Positions 56,971 to 64,000 of a DNA stretch of 64,000 bases are shown here, piece after piece. This stretch comes from Candidatus Kapaibacterium sp. (lineage in GTDB: Bacteria; Bacteroidota; Ignavibacteria; Kapaibacteriales; UBA2268), in assembly GCA_038206725.1 (NCBI GenBank), contig JBBRAO010000004.1:39580-103579 (forward strand). The letters are read 5' to 3'. The position numbers and the translations under genes were made by a program. The stretch's first letter is position 1, and each line of letters starts with the position of its first letter. The notes under the pieces are model-generated. The model searched no databases, was not told the DNA's origin, and saw only the letters and a program-made list of their open reading frames with translations.

Positions 56971-58047
56971 ATGAAAGTCATATACAAATTATTAATTATT
57001 ATTGCCATATTGGGCTTTACAACAACAATATCACATTCATACGAAAAAGATATTAGTTTGGGTGCAGGACTTGGTAGATTTACGGTTCAGAAGGATGCTG
57101 ATTATAATAAATTCAGTGGTGGCTTAATAAATTTTTATGCTATCGGTACAAATATTTTTGGAAAGGGATATACACCTGAAATTGGTGTTTCTACTCTTTT
57201 TAACACAAACGGTGATTATTTGAATTCAATCGATGCTAAATTACGTTACTATCCTTGGACTCACAAAAAGTTTGCGCTTTATGGATTTATTGGTTTAGGA
57301 TATTATACTGATACTACTGATATTGTCACACCTATTTATTTACCGGTAGGTGTTGGTTTAACCCACTTCTTCACAGAAAAAGTCGGTGCAGATTTAAGTG
57401 TAGGTTACAATGTATCATCACCAATCATTTTGGTGGCTAAATTATCGGTATTATTCAGAGTACTAAGTTTTACGAAAGACTCTGACAAAGATGGTTTATC
57501 TGATGCTGATGAGTCTAAATATGGTACTGACCCAAACAATCCAGATTCCGACGGCGATGGATTGTTAGACGGTAAAGAAGTCAATAAATACAAAACTGAT
57601 CCAAAGAATAAGGATACCGACGGCGGGGGAATTAATGATGGTACCGAAGTGAATAGAAATTCCGATCCGTTAGATATGGATGATGATATTTTAAGTATCA
57701 ACATTGGTGATAAATTAATATTACGCGGTATTGAATTTGATTTGGGCAAAACTGACATTACTCCACGTTCTGAGAGAATTTTGGGATTCGCATATAAAGC
57801 CTTAGAAGCCGGTGAAAATATGGAAATCGAAATTTGCGGACATACAGATGACATTGGAAAGGTTTCAGATAATGATAAACTGTCGTTAGAGAGAGCTGAT
57901 GCTGTGAAGAAATGGTTTGTCAGTCGCGGAATTGACGGAAGTAGGTTAAGCACTCGCGGTGCCGGTCCAAATGAGCCTATGGTAACAAATACCAGCGACG
58001 AAAATCGTCAACGCAACCGTAGAGTAGAATTCTATAGGACAAGGTAA
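56971..58047 (+). CDS. OmpA-family outer membrane protein paralog 4
   Basis: Same architecture. AAGAGGT SD. DSDKDGLSDADESKYGTDPNNPDSDGDGLLDGKEVNKYKTDPKNKDTDGGGINDG. OmpA C-domain. Confidence 0.75.
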   Translation: MKVIYKLLIIIAILGFTTTISHSYEKDISLGAGLGRFTVQKDADYNKFSGGLINFYAIGTNIFGKGYTPEIGVSTLFNTNGDYLNSIDAKLRYYPWTHKKFALYGFIGLGYYTDTTDIVTPIYLPVGVGLTHFFTEKVGADLSVGYNVSSPIILVAKLSVLFRVLSFTKDSDKDGLSDADESKYGTDPNNPDSDGDGLLDGKEVNKYKTDPKNKDTDGGGINDGTEVNRNSDPLDMDDDILSINIGDKLILRGIEFDLGKTDITPRSERILGFAYKALEAGENMEIEICGHTDDIGKVSDNDKLSLERADAVKKWFVSRGIDGSRLSTRGAGPNEPMVTNTSDENRQRNRRVEFYRTR

Positions 58048-58402
58048 TTAACTTCTTTATAAATTAGTAAACTTAAGGGCTGTCTCACAACTCAGAATTA
58101 TCAAATTATTAGCCGATCAGAGATGATTGTGCTACCGATATATCAATGACTTGGTGGGATAAACATCCTTGCTTGTCATCCTAAATTTAAGTTTTGATAC
58201 AGCCTCTTGAGTTTCTTGTTGAATTTTCAACTATTTTTTCAATTTCAGAAGCTTCTAAACATTTTACAGCAAGTATTCAAATTTGTGGAAAATCTTAATC
58301 AAAAAAAGCGTAATTTTGTACATATTATTTTTGAAACTTTAGTTTCTTAATGAACTAATGTTTTAAAAATAATGCAATTTTTTAATATTCTTTTGAATAA
58401 AT

Positions 58403-60340
58403 ATGTTTTTTTTAATATTAATATTAGGAATAATATCCGGATCGTCGTTTTTAGCTATAACCGCCCTTGGCGGGAATAATATTGAATTTATCATAAACGG
58501 CGGCTATATTTTGGGAAATATCCCATTAAGGATAGACTCCCTATCAGGATGGATGATTCTGATAATTAATATAACTATGCTTACCGGAGTACTGTACGGT
58601 AGAAAATACATAGAGCATTATAAAACCATCCGCGCAAATATAAAACTACACTTAAGTCTTATTGTCATTTTTCATATATCAATGGTCCTCGTATGCGTAG
58701 TCCAGAATTTCTTGGCATTTCTTGTTGTATGGGAAATTATGGCAGTAAGTTCCTTTCTCCTAGTGATTTTTGAATATTGGAAAAAAGAAACTATTAAAGC
58801 TGGAATGAACTACCTTATTCAATCGCATATCGGTATATTATTCCTCACAATCGCATTTATTTGGGTAATTTCGATTACCGGCTCTTATGATTTTAAATCT
58901 ATCGAGACATTTTCAACACAAGTTTCTCCCGCATTTGGAATTACACTTTTTGTTCTTCTTATGATTGGCTTTGGTTTCAAAGCGGGATTAGTTCCTTTCC
59001 ATACTTGGCTTCCTTATGCTCATCCAGCGGCACCATCACATATTTCCGGAATGATGTCAGGTGTGATAATCAAAATGGGAATATTCGGAATACTTCGATC
59101 ACTTTTACTTATAAAAGGCAATTATCTGATTATCGGCGAGATTATTCTAACCGTTTCGGTTGTTTCAGGTTTATATGGAGTAATCCTCGCGATTGTCCAA
59201 CATAACTTAAAAAAATTACTTGCTTACCATAGTATTGAAAATATCGGAATTATCGGTATTGGAATTGGAATTGGTACAATCGGGCTTGGTTTAAATAACA
59301 CTTTCCTCGCTATTGCCGGCTTTGCCGGAGGTTTATTACATATTCTAAACCACTCTTTGTTCAAATCATTATTATTTTACGGAGCCGGAAGTATATATCA
59401 AGAAACCGGTACACTGAATATAGAAAAACTTGGCGGACTTATAAAAAGTATGCCCCAAACCGCCGCAATGTTTCTTATCGCTTCCCTTTCAATCTGTGGT
59501 TTGCCCCCATTTAACGGATTCGTTTCTGAATTTCTTATTTATTCAGGTTTATTTGCCGGATTAAAAACCGGCAGTTTCGCATTATCTCTTTTCCTTATCT
59601 TAGTAATAATTGGATTGGTATTAATTGGCGGTTTAGCTCTTTTATGTTTCACCAAGGCATTTGGAATAATTTTCCTTGGAAGCGCAAGAAGCGAGTATCC
59701 ACGTAAGCCGAAGGAAGTTCAGACAGCTATGCTCATTCCTCAATATATAATAACGTCTATAATTTTAGCAATCGGATTGTTTCCACAGTTGTTTATGATG
59801 TTGGTTTTAAACCCGGTTTCCCTCTTTGTTCCTGCTATTAAAACGAGTGGAGCCTCAATATACTTCTCACAAATTTCGATTTTATCAAATATTGGAATTG
59901 CCGGAGCAATAATCATAGCGTTGAGTGCCGGGATATATTTTATTAAATTGAAAGTCCAAAAAAACAAAGTTATTGAAACTTCTCCAACTTGGGGATGCGG
60001 TTATACTGCGCCAACTTCAAGGATGCAATATACAGCCAGCTCTTTTGTAAAAACATATTCCAGCTTAGTTAAACCAATCCTTATAACTAAGAAGAAGGAA
60101 GCAAAAACCACTAATATTTTTCTTGTTGAAACAGAACACTCTTCCGGTACTTACGATAAAATTGAACATTACTTGATAGATAGAAATATTAAAGCTTTCA
60201 AGAAGTTCCTTTATAAATTCGATTTCCTTCAGAATGGGAGAATTCCATCCTATGTGCTTTATGGATTGCTGTTTATTCTTCTGATTATACTTGTTTCTTA
60301 TTCTGAAGATTTAACCAAACTAATTTTTAATTTTTTTTAA
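58403..60340 (+). CDS. antiporter-like proton-pumping subunit, HyfB/NuoL/MrpA family
   Basis: 645 aa. FHTWLPYAHPAAPSHISGMMSGVIIKMGIFGILR. About 16 TM. Confidence 0.65.
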   Translation: MFFLILILGIISGSSFLAITALGGNNIEFIINGGYILGNIPLRIDSLSGWMILIINITMLTGVLYGRKYIEHYKTIRANIKLHLSLIVIFHISMVLVCVVQNFLAFLVVWEIMAVSSFLLVIFEYWKKETIKAGMNYLIQSHIGILFLTIAFIWVISITGSYDFKSIETFSTQVSPAFGITLFVLLMIGFGFKAGLVPFHTWLPYAHPAAPSHISGMMSGVIIKMGIFGILRSLLLIKGNYLIIGEIILTVSVVSGLYGVILAIVQHNLKKLLAYHSIENIGIIGIGIGIGTIGLGLNNTFLAIAGFAGGLLHILNHSLFKSLLFYGAGSIYQETGTLNIEKLGGLIKSMPQTAAMFLIASLSICGLPPFNGFVSEFLIYSGLFAGLKTGSFALSLFLILVIIGLVLIGGLALLCFTKAFGIIFLGSARSEYPRKPKEVQTAMLIPQYIITSIILAIGLFPQLFMMLVLNPVSLFVPAIKTSGASIYFSQISILSNIGIAGAIIIALSAGIYFIKLKVQKNKVIETSPTWGCGYTAPTSRMQYTASSFVKTYSSLVKPILITKKKEAKTTNIFLVETEHSSGTYDKIEHYLIDRNIKAFKKFLYKFDFLQNGRIPSYVLYGLLFILLIILVSYSEDLTKLIFNFF

Positions 60341-60349
60341 GCTATTAAA

Positions 60350-61270
60350 ATGCTAAGTTTATTGCTAATTATAATATCAAGTTTATTTTTCGTCGGGATT
60401 CTTGACAAGACCAAGAGCAAGTTGACCGGACGTAAAGGCGCCCCTATTCTTCAACCCTTGAAAGACATTATCCGTTTGTTCAAAAAGGGTTCCGTTTATA
60501 GCGTTACTACAAGCTTTATTTTTAAAATAGCCCCAACAATTTATCTAGCAACAACAATTACGGCGGCAATGCTTATTCCATTTTGCAATATGAAAGGTAT
60601 TCTTTCTTTTAATGGTGACTTCATCTTATTTGCTTATGTGCTTGGTCTGGGTAAGTTTTTTAATATTATCTCTGCCCTTGATACAGGAAGTAGTTTCGAA
60701 GGAATGGGCGCAAGCAGAGAGGCTTTAATGTCTATGCTCGCCGAGCCGTCCTTTTTTATTTTTATTGGTTCGATTAGTTTATTAAGTGGTAAAACTTCAT
60801 TTCTGCAGATGTACAGTTCAATTAGCCACGCGGCATTAGTCTCTCCCATTGCTTTTTATACATTAATTGTTTTAGGAACAGCAGTATTCTTTATGTTGGG
60901 ATTGATAGAAAACAGTAGAATGCCAATTGACGATCCAAAAACACATCTGGAATTGACGATGATTCACGAAGTAATGATACTGGATAACAGTGGCTTTGAC
61001 CTTGGATTAATCCATTACTCAGGATTTTTGAAATTTGGAATTTACGGTGCTTTAATCGCAAATCTGTTTTTAGCTCCGGTTTTCCCACTCTACTTGAACA
61101 TTTTGATATTTTTTGGGATTCAGTTTCTATATGCTGTATCAACCGGCTTTGTTGAATCTTTTATCGCACGTTTCAGGATTAACCAAAATCCACAGTTTAT
61201 ATTTTCATTATCTTCCATAGCTCTACTTATATTTATTGGAGTTATGATTTTATTGGGTATGTTTAATTAA
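60350..61270 (+). CDS. HyfC/HycD-like (NuoH family) membrane subunit
   Basis: GILDKTKSKLTGRKGAPILQPLKDIIRLFKK and ALDTGSSFEGMGASREALMSMLAEP parallel the HyfC/HycD conserved blocks (GxSR..RAR.H.RRGP...Q.YRD; LDTGSPFAG.GASRE) as I recall them. Confidence 0.6.
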   Translation: MLSLLLIIISSLFFVGILDKTKSKLTGRKGAPILQPLKDIIRLFKKGSVYSVTTSFIFKIAPTIYLATTITAAMLIPFCNMKGILSFNGDFILFAYVLGLGKFFNIISALDTGSSFEGMGASREALMSMLAEPSFFIFIGSISLLSGKTSFLQMYSSISHAALVSPIAFYTLIVLGTAVFFMLGLIENSRMPIDDPKTHLELTMIHEVMILDNSGFDLGLIHYSGFLKFGIYGALIANLFLAPVFPLYLNILIFFGIQFLYAVSTGFVESFIARFRINQNPQFIFSLSSIALLIFIGVMILLGMFN

Positions 61271-61282
61271 TTATTAGTTAAA

Positions 61283-61912
61283 ATGATAAATGTATTAATG
61301 TTGGTCTTTATAATGTCTCTATTTGTTTGCTCTACAGCAATCAGATTGAGTACTTTTATAAAAGTTCTTGTTCTGCAGGGGCTATTGCTATTCGGTTTCT
61401 TTATCATACGTTTGAATGAAATCAATATAACGAACCTTATTTTATTATTGCTTGAGACAGTTATATTTAAATCAATCATAATCCCTTCTTTCCTTAAATA
61501 CATTATAAAAAAGAATAAACTAACAAGAGAAGCTGAGCCGTATATATCTAATTTTTCATCAATATTCATTTTTACTTTTGCTAATCTAATACTGTTTTTC
61601 CTTGCTAATACATTGGAGGGCGGAGTATTTCAAAATATATATTTTGTCGGCGCTGTTTCGACCATTTTCAGCGGGTTTTTCCTGATTATTTTACGGCATA
61701 AAATCATTACAAATGTAATTGGATTCATAATTTTGGAAAATGGAGTGGTTATTCTCTCACTCGCTGTGGGTAAAGAAATGCCTATGTTAGTAAACTTAGG
61801 AATTCTATTGGATATTTTTGTAACGGTTCTTGTTCTTGGAATATTTGCCAATAAGCTCGGCGACGTATTCAAAGAAGGTGAAGTGGATCAATTAAATCAG
61901 TTGAAGGATTAG
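61283..61912 (+). CDS. HyfE-like small membrane subunit (NuoK-like C-terminal half)
   Basis: 209 aa. C-terminal VIGFIILENGVVILSLAVGKEMPMLVNLGILLDIFVTVLVLGIFANKL resembles the HyfE ...MENGSHLV... block. Confidence 0.5.
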   Translation: MINVLMLVFIMSLFVCSTAIRLSTFIKVLVLQGLLLFGFFIIRLNEINITNLILLLLETVIFKSIIIPSFLKYIIKKNKLTREAEPYISNFSSIFIFTFANLILFFLANTLEGGVFQNIYFVGAVSTIFSGFFLIILRHKIITNVIGFIILENGVVILSLAVGKEMPMLVNLGILLDIFVTVLVLGIFANKLGDVFKEGEVDQLNQLKD

Positions 61913-61916
61913 TTTT

Positions 61917-63350
61917 ATGGCAATAATTATATATTTAGCAGCCGTGGCAATATTTATTTCTGGAATTCTAATATTTAGAAAGAAAACTACAAATTATATT
62001 TTTTCTATCCTTTTTATTGCTTTGCAGTGGACTTTTAATGTTTACGAATATAATCATCGTAATATCGAGCAGCTTCAATATTTTAATCCGGATTCAATTG
62101 GATTGATCTTATTGTTTGTTTTGAGCATTGTTAGCACAGCATCATTGTATTACAGTTTTATATTTTTCAAGCATACCAACGATACACCTAGGTCTAAAAG
62201 TATTTATTTCGCGGCTTTAATTACCCTAATAACTTCATTAAGTTGTGCGTATATCGCTAATCATATAGCCATTATGTGGATTTTCGTGGAATTGACGACG
62301 CTTAGCTCGGCAGTTCTTGTTTACCATAACAGATCCTCCAAAAGCCTTGAAGCCGCGTGGAAATATCTGTTTATAAGTTCAATAAGTGTAGCTTTGATTT
62401 TTATCGGGATTTTATTTCTTGGCTTAGCTGTTCAGGAAGCTAAATTGGATGGAATATTCTTTTCCGTACTTTTGAAAAACGCAACACTTCTTGATCCATT
62501 CTGGTTGAAAGCCGCTTTTCTTCTTATATTCACAGGTTTTACCGTAAAAGCCGGATTAGTGCCAATGTACACTGTTGGTATTGACGCAAAAGATAAAGCC
62601 CCATCTCCCGCCTCGGCTATTTTTTCGAGTGCGATTATGAATATGGGCTTTCTTGGAATCTTTAGATTATTTGAAGTGATTTCTAAAACAGGTATTCATA
62701 AATGGGCTTGTATGGTCTTAATTATCAGCGCATCATTATCAGTTTTTATATCAGCGGCGTATATGGTTAGAGTTAAAAACTTTAAAAGGATGTTTGCTTA
62801 TTCGAGTATTGAACATATGGGAATAATGATGTTAGGTATGGCAGTCGGTGGAATTGGATATTATGGGGCTATCCTTCATCTCATTCTACATTCATTTGCA
62901 AAGTCAAGTTTATTCTATCAAACTGGAGCCATATTCAGAGTTATGAAAAGCAAATTAATTAAAGATTCCGGTAATTATTTCGGATATAATACGTTTGGAG
63001 CGATCACTTTAATATTGGGATTCTTTATTATTACAGCAATGCCTCCTTCCGGAATGTTTGTAAGTGAATTTATGATTTTTCGTTCGATGTTCGAAGCTAA
63101 ATATTTGTGGTTACTGATTATAATAGTAATTCTACTTTGTTTTATTATTTGGGCTATGGGTAAAAACCTCTTTAAGTTGCTTTTTAGTAAATTGGAAAAT
63201 GCGCAAATCATCGAAAAAGATATGGAAAAAATTAGCTTTGTTGAATCAATCCCACAGTTGATACTTTTTTTAACAGTAATTTACATAGGGTTTTATCCCC
63301 CACCTTTTGTACAAAATCTGATTCAACAGGCTTTGGTTAATTTGAAATAA
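61917..63350 (+). CDS. antiporter-like subunit, HyfF/NuoN/MrpD family
   Basis: 477 aa. WLKAAFLLIFTGFTVKAGLVPMYTVGIDAKDKAPSPASAIF. Confidence 0.6.
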   Translation: MAIIIYLAAVAIFISGILIFRKKTTNYIFSILFIALQWTFNVYEYNHRNIEQLQYFNPDSIGLILLFVLSIVSTASLYYSFIFFKHTNDTPRSKSIYFAALITLITSLSCAYIANHIAIMWIFVELTTLSSAVLVYHNRSSKSLEAAWKYLFISSISVALIFIGILFLGLAVQEAKLDGIFFSVLLKNATLLDPFWLKAAFLLIFTGFTVKAGLVPMYTVGIDAKDKAPSPASAIFSSAIMNMGFLGIFRLFEVISKTGIHKWACMVLIISASLSVFISAAYMVRVKNFKRMFAYSSIEHMGIMMLGMAVGGIGYYGAILHLILHSFAKSSLFYQTGAIFRVMKSKLIKDSGNYFGYNTFGAITLILGFFIITAMPPSGMFVSEFMIFRSMFEAKYLWLLIIIVILLCFIIWAMGKNLFKLLFSKLENAQIIEKDMEKISFVESIPQLILFLTVIYIGFYPPPFVQNLIQQALVNLK

Positions 63351-63373
63351 CAGGTTTAAATAGATTAAGTAAG

Positions 63374-64000
63374 ATGAATAAATATATAACAATTAATAAC
63401 AATCAAGCAATTGACTTCGACACAATACCATTATTGAAATACAAAGATTTTTTAAAAGTCAATACTACATTTCTCAATGACGCCCTAAATCATTGTGTTA
63501 ATTATTACGGTTTTCATCATTGTGGAAAATTGAGATTAATAAATTGTATTGCAAACGACGAGACTGAATTAATCTATCTTACTTCAACCGAAATTAATCC
63601 TAACTTAGATGTTGCTTACAATTCTTTGACTGCTCATAACACAGCATTCCATCTATTTGAAAGAGAAATCAGTGAGAATTTCGGAGTCCGTTATATTGAC
63701 CATCCTTGGCTCAAGCCTATGCGATATCCAATTGATAATGTGAACAATCCAAAAATGGACGACTATCCTTTTTATCATATAAAGAGTGAGGAAATTCATG
63801 AGGTTGGAGTTGGACCAATTCACGCGGGGATCATCGAACCGGGTCATTTTAGGTTTATCTGCAAAGGTGAACAGATTCTGCATCTTGAAATCCAACTTGG
63901 CTATCAGCATCGGGGTGTGGAAAATCTCTTTATAACCAAGAACAACCTTCTTCAAAGGACTATTTTAGCGGAATCCATAGCGGGTGATACTACTGTTGGT
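63374..64000 (+). CDS. NuoC-NuoD-fused, group-4 [NiFe]-hydrogenase-large-subunit-like protein (N-terminal 209 aa; continues beyond window); NiFe L1 cysteines apparently absent
   Basis: N-terminal 30-kDa(NuoC)-like part then VGPIHAGIIEPGHFRF, the EPGHFR signature of group-4 hydrogenase / HycE-type large subunits. The segment ...QHRGVENLFITKNNLLQRTILAESIAGDTTVG, where HycE-type proteins carry RxCGxC, has Ala and Thr instead (alignment from memory). Confidence 0.55.
   Translation, partial: MNKYITINNNQAIDFDTIPLLKYKDFLKVNTTFLNDALNHCVNYYGFHHCGKLRLINCIANDETELIYLTSTEINPNLDVAYNSLTAHNTAFHLFEREISENFGVRYIDHPWLKPMRYPIDNVNNPKMDDYPFYHIKSEEIHEVGVGPIHAGIIEPGHFRFICKGEQILHLEIQLGYQHRGVENLFITKNNLLQRTILAESIAGDTTVG

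Noticed and set aside
53700-57700. Periodic DNA repeats (GATACNGAYGGNGAYGG...) that could be mistaken for a CRISPR-like or tandem array
   Set aside because: They are the codons of DxDxDG calcium-binding TSP3 repeats within four paralogous genes. No repeat-spacer regularity, no cas genes.

Overview
This window is a 64-kb stretch of a low-GC (about 33-36%) bacterial chromosome, densely coding on both strands. Three large secreted proteins end in T9SS-type C-terminal sorting domains, and many genes have Shine-Dalgarno-like AGGAGG/AAGAGGT motifs. Together these suggest an FCB-superphylum bacterium outside the Bacteroidia, possibly Ignavibacteria/Chlorobi-like; this is inference. Housekeeping content includes obg, pdxH, pyrC, pyrH, frr, surE, rpmE/rpsR, etfBA, clpS, a nuoLMN block, a sigma54-dependent response regulator, a NamZ-amidase peptidoglycan-recycling pair and a tRNA(CAT). 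Five regions stand out. (1) An archaeal-type gatE-gatD pair (tRNA-dependent Gln amidotransferase) sits in an otherwise bacterial context. (2) A roughly 6-kb block immediately downstream of the tRNA is punctuated three times by a conserved roughly 65-bp intergenic element with a hairpin. It carries a PD-(D/E)XK-like protein, an HNH endonuclease, a Fic protein and an esterase, so it is a candidate accessory, defence or toxin island. (3) Four tandem paralogous OmpA-family porin-like genes (beta-barrel + thrombospondin-type-3 Ca-binding repeats + OmpA C-domain) each have their own SD and terminator. A 69-bp identical tract between copies 3 and 4 indicates gene conversion. (4) A hyfB/C/E/F-like membrane module is followed by a NuoC-NuoD-fused hydrogenase-like large subunit in which the expected N-terminal NiFe-ligand cysteines appear replaced (Ala/Thr). 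This suggests an energy-converting-hydrogenase-related (Ehr-type) complex of unknown chemistry, and it is separate from the orphan nuoLMN block. (5) Smaller curiosities: DUF347 four-repeat membrane protein + Nramp, a lipoprotein-signal rubrerythrin next to DUF2231, a DUF4295-like mini-ORF upstream of an overlapping rpmE-rpsR pair. No CRISPR array, rRNA, integrase or transposase was recognised. All functional calls are from reading motifs in the translations by eye; no database search was possible.
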